Of a stretch of DNA of 63,234 nt, positions 33,569 to 42,869 are shown piece after piece (position 1 is the stretch's first letter; every line of letters starts with the position of its first letter). The stretch lies in NCBI GenBank assembly GCA_043811915.1, contig JBDRMS010000011.1:1-63234 (forward strand). Reading direction: 5' to 3'. The notes beneath the pieces are model-generated. The model saw only the letters and a program-made list of their open reading frames with translations. It had not been told where the DNA came from and ran no database searches. The stretch comes from a bacterium. Lineage in GTDB: Bacteria; Patescibacteriota; Andersenbacteria; UBA10190. Made by a program: the position numbers and the translations under genes.

Positions 33569-34984
33569 CTACTTTAATACTTCAAAAACATCTCCCTCCT
33601 CTGGTCGTTCTACTCGCCACTCTGGATGCGCTTTCAGTAATTGCCCTTTCAGGTCATCCGCCTGGTGCGGTTCACCGTGTACCAGAAAAACATTCTGCAA
33701 GCCATTAATCCTCTCCGCATAAGCCTGCAATTGATTGCGGTCTGCGTGTGCCGACAACTCATTAAACAAAAAGACCTGCGCTTTAACCGGTAACCAATCA
33801 CCAAAAATTCTGATGCGCCTCTCTCCCTCCAGAATACTCCTGCCCATAGTTTCCTGTGCCTGATAACCAGTTATGAATATAGCGTTTTTCTCGTTACCAA
33901 CGTGTTGCCGCAAATGATGCACCACTCGTCCATACGACATCATGCCCGACGCTGCAATAACCATGAAAGGGCCTCGCTTTTCGTTTAATTGTTTCGATTC
34001 CTCCGCCGACTGGGTGTACCGTAAATTTCTAAAAGCAAGCGGCCTGTCACCCGGATCCTTGAAGTCAGTCCATGACTCTTCGTCATATTCCCGCCGGTGC
34101 CGCCGATACACGTCCGTCAAATTAGCGGCCAGGGGCGAATCAACATAAATCGGAAAACGCGGCAGCCTCCCCTGGTCAGTCAACTTATGCAGTAAATAAA
34201 CAATGCCCTGCGTCCGCCCTAGCGAAAAGGCCGGCACAATCATCTTGCCGCCTCGGTTTAGTACCGCTGTAATATTTTCCACCAGTCTCTCCTCTGCCCC
34301 CTCTTGCGATTCGTGCACGCGGCTGCCATAGGTACTCTCCAGCAACAACGTCTCAATCTCTTCTTCCGGCACTTGCGGATCAAATAAAAGCGGCAACCCC
34401 GGCTGTCCCACATCACCGGAAAACGCCACCCGCTTAAAGCCTCCCCCTCCTTTCTCTTCAAACTCCAATACGCATATCGCCGACCCCAGAATATGACCGG
34501 CATCATAAAGCTTTAATTTCACCCCCTCCATAACTTCATGCCACTCCTCGCTGTGTCTTACGTATGGCACTTCCACAAACCGGCTTATTACTTCCTCCAC
34601 ATCGGACTCATCAAACAAAGGCAGGCGCTCATCCGGCGTGCCCAGCTTGTGTCGCTGACGGTATCTGGCATCCTGCCACTCGATTTTAGCCATGTCCCCC
34701 AACATTAGTCTTGCTACATCCTTGGTCGCCGCCGTAGCAAATATGGAGCCCTTAAACCCGTGCTTTATCAAGAGCGGCAACATGCCGCAGTGATCAATGT
34801 GAGCATGTGACAACACCACTTGATCGATTGCTTCCGGTTGAAAGGAAAAACTGCGATTCTTTCTTCTGGCCTCACCTGACCCCTGCCACGTTCCGCAATC
34901 AAGCAAAATTTTCCTCTTCCTCACCTCCAACAAATGTTTACTGCCAGTCACGCCCCCTGCCCCGCCGTAGAATGTAATCTTCAC
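33569..34984 (-). CDS. MBL-fold beta-CASP family RNA-metabolising metallo-hydrolase
   Basis: SHAHIDHCG motif 2, beta-CASP and C-terminal motifs, 471 aa. GTGA junction with the upstream gene. Confidence 0.85.
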   Translation of the reverse strand: MKITFYGGAGGVTGSKHLLEVRKRKILLDCGTWQGSGEARRKNRSFSFQPEAIDQVVLSHAHIDHCGMLPLLIKHGFKGSIFATAATKDVARLMLGDMAKIEWQDARYRQRHKLGTPDERLPLFDESDVEEVISRFVEVPYVRHSEEWHEVMEGVKLKLYDAGHILGSAICVLEFEEKGGGGFKRVAFSGDVGQPGLPLLFDPQVPEEEIETLLLESTYGSRVHESQEGAEERLVENITAVLNRGGKMIVPAFSLGRTQGIVYLLHKLTDQGRLPRFPIYVDSPLAANLTDVYRRHRREYDEESWTDFKDPGDRPLAFRNLRYTQSAEESKQLNEKRGPFMVIAASGMMSYGRVVHHLRQHVGNEKNAIFITGYQAQETMGRSILEGERRIRIFGDWLPVKAQVFLFNELSAHADRNQLQAYAERINGLQNVFLVHGEPHQADDLKGQLLKAHPEWRVERPEEGDVFEVLK

Positions 34985-35511
34985 CTTTGTTCAACCACCA
35001 CTGAACCCTTGAGCTGCGGATTCAAATGATCATAAAATGGCCACGTGCCCACTTCTGAAAAAGTAAATGTATACTCGTCCCCGGTCGCGATGCCCCGTTC
35101 AGCATCAAAAATATCTGATACCGGCCAGTGCAGTGCCTGTCCATTATTAACAAACTTCACTGTGTTACCTTGTGTCACTGTTATCGTTTCTGGAGAAAAT
35201 CCTACATCCGTCATAGAAACAACCGCAACCTCCCTGCCACCTTCGCCCACCGGCGATGCCGTCGGAGAAACATCTTCTGTCGGCGAAACCGCGGCCCCCT
35301 CGTTATTATCCCCGTCATCATCCGGCGCCGGCAGATCCGGCTTCATCTGCAAAAACTGACTGTTGGAAGTCCCCTTCTCCGGCACTTCCTCCAAAGACGA
35401 CTCTCCTTGCGGCACCACGTCTCCATTGGGCGCCGTCGAACGATACATCATAACGCCTCCAACCACCAAAACCACCCCCACCACTAACAGCAAAAAGCCC
35501 ATAAACTTCAT
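34981..35511 (-). CDS. Membrane-anchored cupredoxin-like domain protein (no Cys ligand)
   Basis: N-terminal TM helix, acidic linker, and C-terminal ITVTQGNTVKFVNNGQALHWP...WPFYDHLNPQLKGSVVV resembling plastocyanin-fold proteins but lacking the copper Cys. Confidence 0.55.
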   Translation of the reverse strand: MKFMGFLLLVVGVVLVVGGVMMYRSTAPNGDVVPQGESSLEEVPEKGTSNSQFLQMKPDLPAPDDDGDNNEGAAVSPTEDVSPTASPVGEGGREVAVVSMTDVGFSPETITVTQGNTVKFVNNGQALHWPVSDIFDAERGIATGDEYTFTFSEVGTWPFYDHLNPQLKGSVVVEQR

Positions 35512-35552
35512 AGTTAACCTTGAGTATATCTATGTGATCCCACAACTTCAAT

Positions 35553-35581
35553 TTGACATATCAGGACAACCATGCTACACT
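35553..35581 (+). promoter_or_regulatory. Putative sigma-70 promoter TTGACA-N17-TACACT
   Basis: Hexamers and spacer were counted directly. It lies 54 nt upstream of the ATG at 35636. Confidence 0.45.
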
Positions 35582-35635
35582 CATCCAATCTGTAACATTG
35601 CTCTCACTTACTGCCCTTTACCCAATTTAAGGAAG

Positions 35636-35959
35636 ATGGCTATGACAGCGACAACGCTGACAGTCCTCGCGATCGTCTTCGCCCCAACGGCAATAATCAC
35701 GGCGCGGCTGCTCATAGAGCTCCTCCATCATCAACAATCTCCAAGCCACACCAATCATTTCACATCACCCTACGTTGACCGCTGGCTACACGAACACCCC
35801 GAACCAGATCGAGCCACTGACCTGTTGAAAAAACTTCACTTCGAGATAAAGCGCAACCAACACCCAGAGTATATAGAAGCGATTGAGGAAACTCTGCAAA
35901 CAGAGCTGGCTCAAAAAGGCAAGTACTGGTACTTTGTCCCATTAGAACGTTCGCGGTAG
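35636..35959 (+). CDS. Hypothetical protein with an N-terminal TM helix (107 aa; internal start of the ORF-track entry)
   Basis: AAGGAAG lies immediately before the ATG. Promoter upstream and hairpin with T-run downstream. Confidence 0.5.
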   Translation: MAMTATTLTVLAIVFAPTAIITARLLIELLHHQQSPSHTNHFTSPYVDRWLHEHPEPDRATDLLKKLHFEIKRNQHPEYIEAIEETLQTELAQKGKYWYFVPLERSR

Positions 35960-35979
35960 AATATTTCCAAATTCTTTCT

Positions 35980-36004
35980 AACCCTCAACCACCCGAGGGT
36001 TTTT
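35980..36004 (+). terminator. Hairpin AACCCTC-N8-GAGGGTT followed by TTT
   Basis: Read directly. It overlaps the 3' end of the convergent helicase gene. Confidence 0.5.
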
Positions 36005-39000
36005 ACTTGCAATAATCACACTTCCCGCACCCTTTTCCTTCTAAAAACTTAAGTTCCTTAATCTCCTTCCACACTTTTCTTATCATTTCTTTCAACTCGT
36101 CTGTTTCATCTCCACCTATAATAAACTTTTTTTTCACCAGCTTCCCCGTTCGCTTGCTCGGCTGCACAAAATCAATCTCGCCGCTCACCACCTCATAACC
36201 AAATTTCGGCGACAAATCTCCAAGTAGTTTATAAAAAACAATTTGCCGCCGGTAATTACCTTCCTCCCTCAAATGTTTGCCGGCATTGTCTGGATTTCCC
36301 GTCTTGTAATCCACTACATTTACCTTTTTCTCATTCAATACCTCTGCCTTGTCCACCTTTCCCGTCAATATCAGGTCTTCAAAATGCACTCCATGCGAGC
36401 GAAAATCATACTCCACCAAAGCTTTTGTTTTAAAACTTTTCGCGTAAAATCGATAATAATTCTTTAGTATTTCCTTGCCAAACTGCACACTGTCACTTCT
36501 CTCCCTCCTCGTTAAATCTTCAAAGCCTAAATAATAAACAAATCTGTCTATTAAGTACTTTTCACCAGGCAGGCGCCCATCTTCATTTAGCTTCAAAAAT
36601 AAATCCTTCAGTGCTCCGTGTACTGCCGTACCAAACGCCATGTGTTTCGTCTTAGCCGCCGGCACATGCAATAAATTACGGTAATAAAACAGCCGCGGGC
36701 ATTCCAGGTAGTTATTCAAATGCGTAACGCTCATAGTATAATTTTTCAGCCGCTCGGCCAGCCACTCTTTTATATCGCCATTGTTACTCAATTCAAGTGG
36801 CGACAAATGCATGATCTTAAGCCGCTCCACCGCTTCTTCTTCCAGCTCTGAAGTGTCAATCTTTTTCATATGTTCATCTCCCACTTCCCGCACAAAAATT
36901 GAGGGCACAAGCTCCCGTCCGCTGCTCCCATACCGGGCCGACGTCAAGTACGCCTGCAGCCTGGCCCGCGTCAGTGCCACATAAAAAAGCCGCCGCTCAT
37001 CCTCGTTTCCTTCCTGGCCCTGAATCGGGTCAAACTTAATTATCCCCGCCGGCAGCGACACTCGGTTTCTATCTCGAACATTACCCCAATGATGATCAAC
37101 CAACTTAATTATAAACACGTGCTCAAATTCCAGTCCTTTAGCCTTGTGCACCGTCATCAAACGTACTGATCTCTTCTTTGTCTGCCACGGCTGCGCCGCT
37201 AAAGCCATATCGTTATCTGCCAGCACGTCCATCCGTGCCACAAAGTCCTTCACCCCCAAAGGCCCGTTGCCGGAACTGATCTTCTTTATCTCGTCAAACA
37301 CAGTCGACACCTTATCAAGTAATGGCAGCTTGTCGTCACTCTTCAATACATAATCCCACCAGCCGGATTCGTTTAACACCACATCAAAAAAGTACTGCAG
37401 GGTGTGATTTTTCTCCACCATCCGCCACTGCGCCAGCTTTTTTGTCAGCTCTTTGAATGGCCCGGTATCTTTCACGCCCGCTTCTTGTAAAAGGTCATCC
37501 CGCGAAATCACTGTCAGTAATCTCCTTCTGCTTCCTGTGTAATACAACACCTTCAGCACATCTAGCGCCTCCAGCTGCCAGAAATCATACTGCAGAATAT
37601 CAGCCAGCACCTCGTCCCTTTGTTCGTCCGCCAAATACGTCAATAACTCCAATAACTGCCTGATTTTAACATCCTTCAACACATCCTCGCCCACTTCCAG
37701 CCGCACTGGAATTTCCATTCGCAGCATTACATTCATCAGGTCCGCTGCATCTTTGTTAAATCTGTATAGTACCGCAATCTCGTCCGGCTCCACCCCCTGA
37801 TCAACCAAAGCTTTTATCTTCCAAGCCACTCCGTAAGCCTCCTCATCTTCTGTGTCAAACTCCAAACGTTCCAATAACACACTCTGTCTGCCGCTCACCG
37901 CTTCAAGTTCCGTTGTTACTCCTGGTACATATCCAGCTACCAATCCCTTATTATTGACAATTACTCTGTCTGCCGCATCTAAAACTGTCTGCTGGCTGCG
38001 ATAATTATTCTTTAGCGTTATCACTTTCACATCCTTCCGGTACTGCTCATAAAAAGCCAGCAGATTTTCCAGTGACGCCCCCTGAAAACGAAAAATAGAC
38101 TGTTTGTCATCGCCCACTACAAAAATGTTCGCACTGGGATAAAAATTGCCCAGTAAGCTAACCACTTCATTTTGCGCTCCATTTGTATCCTGGTACTCAT
38201 CCACCAGTATGTATTGATATTGCTCCTGGTAATGTGCTAAAAGCCCTTCGTCATCACGAAATTTCTCTACCACCCGCATCACCATATCTTCATAGTCATA
38301 TCGCCCCCGCTTCTTTAGTTCCCTTTCATAATCTCGATACACTTTCAATAAATCCTTTTGCTTCGGCAGCTGCTTTTTCATTCCATCAAATATGCGCTTC
38401 CAGTCATTTTTTAATTTTGTCCTCGCCCTCCCCTGTTCTCTTTTTCCTCCTGCCTCTTTCCGCAACACCACATACTCTTCATATTTTTGCCTCAAGGGCC
38501 CCCAGTTCAATTGCCGGTAAACGTTGTCACACATTTCATCCGTGCGCTCATCTGCCTTTACCGCAAAGAAATCAGCCAATATTTTATCCGCCCCCACCAC
38601 AAACTTTTCCACTTTCTCTAAAATCTTTTTAAACTCATCCTCGCTTACTCCCTCCTGTTTTAATTTTCTCACGTTTTCAATTACGTCACGCAAAAACAAA
38701 TGCGGGTTGCCAAACGGTTTAAGCGCACTCGCTCCCGGCAGCCTATCCAAAAGCTTCTGGAACAATTCCACTCGCTCTATATCAGACAACACTTGCCACT
38801 TCCCTTTTATCTGCGCAAACTTCTCCGGCCATTCCTGGATTACATCATTACAAAACGAGTGAAAAGTACTAATCCGAACATAATAGGCTGCCTCACCCAT
38901 AATTTTAATCAGCCGTTGCCGCATCGCCACCGCCGCCGATTCCGTAAACGTCAGACACAGAATGTTCCCCGGATTCATTTGCGTCCGTCGCAATATATTA

Positions 39001-39173
39001 GCCACTCTCATCGCCAGTACCTGCGTCTTACCCGTGCCCGGACCAGCCAGCACCATCACCGGCCCCTCAATCTCATCTACCGCTCGCTGCTGCTCGGCAT
39101 TCAATTGCCGGTACAGCTCGTCAAAGCCAGCCTCTGACTTTACTTTTGCTCTTTCTCTAACCGCCGTCGCCAT
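36003..39173 (-). CDS. UvrD/PcrA-type SF1 helicase fused to a C-terminal PD-(D/E)XK (RecB/AddA-like) nuclease with a 4-Cys cluster
   Basis: Walker A AGPGTGKTQ, DEYQDT, and VHKAKGLEF...YVALTRA helicase motifs. The C-terminus has the VNVVDYKTG nuclease motif and Cys at YLEC...GCGKCDYC. Confidence 0.85.
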   Translation of the reverse strand: MATAVRERAKVKSEAGFDELYRQLNAEQQRAVDEIEGPVMVLAGPGTGKTQVLAMRVANILRRTQMNPGNILCLTFTESAAVAMRQRLIKIMGEAAYYVRISTFHSFCNDVIQEWPEKFAQIKGKWQVLSDIERVELFQKLLDRLPGASALKPFGNPHLFLRDVIENVRKLKQEGVSEDEFKKILEKVEKFVVGADKILADFFAVKADERTDEMCDNVYRQLNWGPLRQKYEEYVVLRKEAGGKREQGRARTKLKNDWKRIFDGMKKQLPKQKDLLKVYRDYERELKKRGRYDYEDMVMRVVEKFRDDEGLLAHYQEQYQYILVDEYQDTNGAQNEVVSLLGNFYPSANIFVVGDDKQSIFRFQGASLENLLAFYEQYRKDVKVITLKNNYRSQQTVLDAADRVIVNNKGLVAGYVPGVTTELEAVSGRQSVLLERLEFDTEDEEAYGVAWKIKALVDQGVEPDEIAVLYRFNKDAADLMNVMLRMEIPVRLEVGEDVLKDVKIRQLLELLTYLADEQRDEVLADILQYDFWQLEALDVLKVLYYTGSRRRLLTVISRDDLLQEAGVKDTGPFKELTKKLAQWRMVEKNHTLQYFFDVVLNESGWWDYVLKSDDKLPLLDKVSTVFDEIKKISSGNGPLGVKDFVARMDVLADNDMALAAQPWQTKKRSVRLMTVHKAKGLEFEHVFIIKLVDHHWGNVRDRNRVSLPAGIIKFDPIQGQEGNEDERRLFYVALTRARLQAYLTSARYGSSGRELVPSIFVREVGDEHMKKIDTSELEEEAVERLKIMHLSPLELSNNGDIKEWLAERLKNYTMSVTHLNNYLECPRLFYYRNLLHVPAAKTKHMAFGTAVHGALKDLFLKLNEDGRLPGEKYLIDRFVYYLGFEDLTRRERSDSVQFGKEILKNYYRFYAKSFKTKALVEYDFRSHGVHFEDLILTGKVDKAEVLNEKKVNVVDYKTGNPDNAGKHLREEGNYRRQIVFYKLLGDLSPKFGYEVVSGEIDFVQPSKRTGKLVKKKFIIGGDETDELKEMIRKVWKEIKELKFLEGKGCGKCDYCK

Positions 39174-39934
39174 ATCATCAGCAAACCACCAGTCACCACG
39201 ATAATCAAGCTCAAAAGCTGTCCTCGAGTCAGCCCAAAAATTAATTCATATTGCTGCACCCGCAAATATTCCATGCCGAAACGGACCACACCAGCCAGTA
39301 TCAGAAACAACGCCGCCACATAACCAGAATCTTTTGTACCTGCAAGGATTAATACCCTCTTTGATTTTGATAGGGAAAAGCTTAGCGGGGTTTTGCGAAA
39401 GCCAGCAGAGATTCTCAAATTCCAAAAAAGTATGCCAAATATCAAAACATTCACTGCCACCGCAAAAAACTGCGCCAGCGGCCCCGCAAACAACTCCCCG
39501 TTGATAACATTACCCAGTCTGCCCGCTGCCAGTCCCAGCGCCGCCGACACTACTGCTACATCGGCCAGTTTCCAGAAATTGATTTTTAGTTGCCGGCTGG
39601 CCAGCCACAACGCCAGCCCCACGCCAACTGATCCTCCGTGCCACGACATGCCCCCCTGCCACAAAGTAAATATTTCTTTGGGATGTGCCAAAAAATATCC
39701 CGGCTCGTACAACAATGCAAAGCCCAGTCGGCCTCCTACCAACACTCCGGCCATCCCCAGCGTCAGCACATACAACCAATCCTCTTTCGACAATTCCAAA
39801 TCTCGATACTTCGCCAGCCGCGGCAGCAAGTACCAGACAATACCAAAAGCTGCCAAATATAAAACTCCATACCAGCGTATCTGCCAACCGAACAAATCAA
39901 CCGCAATTTCCCGCGCCGGAAATAAAGAAATCAT
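39140..39934 (-). CDS. lgt: Prolipoprotein diacylglyceryl transferase
   Basis: IRWYGVLYLAAF N-terminus, GGMSWHGG motif, GRLGN motif. Confidence 0.88.
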   Translation of the reverse strand: MISLFPAREIAVDLFGWQIRWYGVLYLAAFGIVWYLLPRLAKYRDLELSKEDWLYVLTLGMAGVLVGGRLGFALLYEPGYFLAHPKEIFTLWQGGMSWHGGSVGVGLALWLASRQLKINFWKLADVAVVSAALGLAAGRLGNVINGELFAGPLAQFFAVAVNVLIFGILFWNLRISAGFRKTPLSFSLSKSKRVLILAGTKDSGYVAALFLILAGVVRFGMEYLRVQQYELIFGLTRGQLLSLIIVVTGGLLMIWRRRLEKEQK

Positions 39935-40054
39935 ATATGAAGTATTAACCAGACACTAAAAATCTCCACCTTGACAAGTAACCGTTTATAGACCACAATG
40001 AAACCCGTTGTTATTTTCCAACCCGCATCAAACCTCTTTTTAAGGAGAAGTAAA

Positions 40055-40285
40055 GTGATCGCTTTTGCCAAGCCAGCCTCCGCACCTCGCCGCCGAAGAC
40101 GCCGACAGCGCGAACAACAACACGCATGCGCGATTGACAAAGGCGGTAAGTGCAAAGAGTGCGGCCAGCAGTTCGTGCAGTGCCAGGCATTCAACGGAAA
40201 CCGCTGCACTATCTGCGGCAGCTACATGGACGAGTGCGGCACCTGCAATTACATGCATGAATTCGGCCGCTGGTATTTTCACTAA
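40055..40285 (+). CDS. Small Arg-rich, 8-Cys zinc-ribbon-like protein (76 aa from the GTG; the ORF track gives 39998)
   Basis: AAGGAG at 40042-40047, 7 nt before the GTG at 40055. Contains RRRRRRQREQQ, then CKEC...C...CTIC...CGTC. Confidence 0.5.
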   Translation: MIAFAKPASAPRRRRRRQREQQHACAIDKGGKCKECGQQFVQCQAFNGNRCTICGSYMDECGTCNYMHEFGRWYFH

Positions 40286-40342
40286 AAGCAAACGCAGATA
40301 ATATGTCTTCGTTATAAGTTGCGTTCTTCACACCTTCTCCCA

Positions 40343-40380
40343 ACCGGCAAGCCCCTAAAAGCCCGCCGGTTTTTTCTTTT
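40343..40380 (+). terminator. Hairpin ACCGGC-N16-GCCGGT followed by TTTTTCTTTT
   Basis: Read directly. It lies downstream of the Cys-rich ORF. Confidence 0.55.
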
Positions 40381-40406
40381 CTAGCCCTATTCCAAGCAAT
40401 TCCGAA

Positions 40407-40433
40407 CAATTCCGAAGATTATCTTCGGAATTG
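40407..40433 (-). terminator. 27-bp perfect palindrome CAATTCCGAAGAT-T-ATCTTCGGAATTG, 25 nt downstream of the MscS-family gene
   Basis: 13-bp arms were verified base by base. It is preceded by the direct repeat CAATTCCGAA. The U-run is weak, so the terminator function is uncertain. Confidence 0.45.
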
Positions 40434-40458
40434 CTTTGTTATGCCGTATCAAGACAGT

Positions 40459-41520
40459 TTAGGCCTGCTTTAGGTAAACCGTCCTAGTTGGGTAAGCCAT
40501 TTCGATCCCCTCTTCCTCAAATCTTTTCTTTATGCCAAGCAGCACTTTCTGGTGCGTATCCACATATGTTTTATATTCCTTGCTCTTTACGTGATACACC
40601 GCCTCAAACCGAAGCGCCGAATCCCCGAACTCAATAAAGTGCACCCGGTCAAACCTCGTCTCCTCCTGTTCTTTGATAATTTCTTTGACTAGATCCGGAA
40701 TATTCTTAAGTTTTGAACTGGTCGTCTCGTACATCACCCCAAAAGTAAACACCACCCTCCGCTCCTTCATTCGTCCCATGTTCTGCAACACGCCCGATGT
40801 CATATCTTTGTTTGGCACCACAATTTCTTCCCCGCCCACGGACTTTATCCGCGTTGTCTTTATTCCCACCAGCCGCACCGTTCCTTTGTGCTTTCCCACA
40901 ATCACAAAGTCGCCCGGCTCAAAGGGCTTGTCAAAATAAATAGCCAGTGAGCTGAACAAGTCTCCTAAAATATTTTGCGCCGCCAGCGCCACCGCAATAC
41001 CTCCAATACCCAGACCGGCAATCAAAGACGTTATATCAACACCCAAATTTGACAATACAAATAGTGCTGCCACTGCCCATAACACAATACTCAACAAACT
41101 GTGCACCACCTGAATAACGGACTGCGACCGCTTGTCATCCGCCCGCGACATACGCCGCTTAATATAAAACTCAATTAAAATCTGTAAAGCCATAATCACC
41201 TGGTAAACCAGCCACACCAGCAGTACCACATCAACAATTTTTCTGCCCGGTCCCTCAATATTTAAATAACGCAGCGCCACATAAAAAGAAATAAAAGTAT
41301 AAAACGGCGGCTTAACTGTTTTTACCACTGCAACCAGCGCATCATCCAAATCCATACTTGTTCGTTCCGTCACCCTCTCCAGCGACCGCAACGCTAGCCA
41401 TTGCGTCCACTTCAACACGAACACCACTGCCACAAAAATCAATCCGGCCGCCAGGTAATCAAATATCGAATTCCCCCCCAACGCGTATTGCCAGAAACCA
41501 GTATTAAACAATGGGTCCAT
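40459..41520 (-). CDS. Mechanosensitive ion channel, MscS family
   Basis: TM3 and beta-domain signature (GDFVIVGKHKGTVRLVGIKTTRIKSVGGEEIVVPN). Confidence 0.88.
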   Translation of the reverse strand: MDPLFNTGFWQYALGGNSIFDYLAAGLIFVAVVFVLKWTQWLALRSLERVTERTSMDLDDALVAVVKTVKPPFYTFISFYVALRYLNIEGPGRKIVDVVLLVWLVYQVIMALQILIEFYIKRRMSRADDKRSQSVIQVVHSLLSIVLWAVAALFVLSNLGVDITSLIAGLGIGGIAVALAAQNILGDLFSSLAIYFDKPFEPGDFVIVGKHKGTVRLVGIKTTRIKSVGGEEIVVPNKDMTSGVLQNMGRMKERRVVFTFGVMYETTSSKLKNIPDLVKEIIKEQEETRFDRVHFIEFGDSALRFEAVYHVKSKEYKTYVDTHQKVLLGIKKRFEEEGIEMAYPTRTVYLKQA

Positions 41521-41550
41521 ACAACTTAAGCATAGCCTAAGCCGGGCTCA

Positions 41551-41587
41551 AATAAAAAAAGGGTGATTGATGCATGATCATTCACCC
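41551..41587 (-). terminator. Rho-independent terminator (minus strand)
   Basis: On the minus strand: GGGTGAaTGAT-loop-ATCAaTCACCC followed by TTTTTTTATTT. Confidence 0.75.
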
Positions 41588-41601
41588 AAACACGCGTCAC
41601 T

Positions 41602-41949
41602 TTAGGCCGCTTCCTGCGCTTCTTTTGCTTCTTCTCTCTCTTTTTTCTGCCTCAACTTTTCGGCTACTGAATCTCGGTCACCCGGCAATTTCACCTCGCT
41701 CCACGACACAGCATCTCCATTGCGGATGTGCCCGGCGTGTACAAAGCCTCCTCCTCTTCCACTCCACAGTACCTCTGCCGCCGATGCGATAGTCACGTTG
41801 CAGCTTCTACAAACACCCCACTCTCCCCACAACTTACTTAATCCACGTTCCCAATCCTGTCCTCTGAATCTTGGGTCAACGTACAGAGACAGAACATCAC
41901 AGAGCCGCATCGACGGTACCCGAACACTAGTTCCTGTCGCAGTGGACAT
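41602..41949 (-). CDS. Hypothetical protein (115 aa from the internal ATG) with a Lys/Glu-rich tail
   Basis: GAAGGGAG RBS, 7 nt before the ATG at 41949, and its own terminator. No family recognised. Confidence 0.45.
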   Translation of the reverse strand: MSTATGTSVRVPSMRLCDVLSLYVDPRFRGQDWERGLSKLWGEWGVCRSCNVTIASAAEVLWSGRGGGFVHAGHIRNGDAVSWSEVKLPGDRDSVAEKLRQKKEREEAKEAQEAA

Positions 41950-42029
41950 AACTAAACTCCCTTCAAGTGGAAAAGGTACCAAACCTGCCAGACACCATGT
42001 CTAGCGTATTACCTCATCATACGGATTTT

Positions 42030-42060
42030 AAAAAAAGTGTCAATAATTGTTGACACTTTT
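42030..42060 (-). terminator. Rho-independent terminator (usable on both strands)
   Basis: AGTGTCAA-N6-TTGACACT stem flanked by an A-run and a T-run. Confidence 0.75.
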
Positions 42061-42075
42061 CAACTAACGTCACTC

Positions 42076-42822
42076 TTACTGCAGATATTTTCCTACCGCC
42101 GCCTTAACAGCATCATACGGCTGCGCCCCGGAAAGGGCTTCTTTCTCGCCATTTGGTCCAATAATCACACTATAAGGTGTTCCCATACCTCCGGCCTCTT
42201 CCGCGTCAGCCAAATCCTCGGCCACCCGATCGGCGAACAATCCCGTGTCCAGACAAGTTTGGAACTGCTGAATATTCGCCACCCCGGCTTGTCCCGCCAA
42301 GGCCGGCAATGTGGTTAAATCAAGCCCGTCATTAGAAGGAGTGGCTTCGAATATGGCATCCAGCATTTCCCAGAACTTACTCTGTTCACCAGCACATTCC
42401 GTAGCCTCCGCTTCCTTTGACGCCTGACTATGCAACTGCTCCAATGGAAAATGGCGAAACACCCACCGCACATCATCCGGGTACTCGCTAACTAATTGCT
42501 GCGCTGTCAAATGAAACCGCTTGCAAAATGGACACTCCAGGTCCGAATACTCAATAACCGTTACTTTGGCGTCCACTGCACCCATAACATGGTCCGTCTC
42601 GTCCACCGGACGAATGTCGCCAACTGTAGCCCCCGCCACTTTTTCCTCGCCAAACTCCGCCGCTACATCAGCCTCCAATGGCTGGTCTGCCGGCGCTCCT
42701 TTTCCCCCAAAATAAACAGCCGCCGCGATCAGCACCCCCGCGATCACTATGGCCACTGGCACTCCCATCGGCGACGGTGCGCCCTCTCCTTTTCCACTAT
42801 TTGTAGTTGCATCGTCAGCCAT
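42076..42822 (-). CDS. Membrane-anchored DsbA/thioredoxin-like thiol:disulfide oxidoreductase (second copy)
   Basis: TM helix, then YSDLECPFCKRFH (CPFC active site). Confidence 0.8.
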   Translation of the reverse strand: MADDATTNSGKGEGAPSPMGVPVAIVIAGVLIAAAVYFGGKGAPADQPLEADVAAEFGEEKVAGATVGDIRPVDETDHVMGAVDAKVTVIEYSDLECPFCKRFHLTAQQLVSEYPDDVRWVFRHFPLEQLHSQASKEAEATECAGEQSKFWEMLDAIFEATPSNDGLDLTTLPALAGQAGVANIQQFQTCLDTGLFADRVAEDLADAEEAGGMGTPYSVIIGPNGEKEALSGAQPYDAVKAAVGKYLQ

Positions 42823-42869
42823 CGCTTCAGTCTAATGCAGCAAAAATAAAATGCAACTATACTAAAAAC

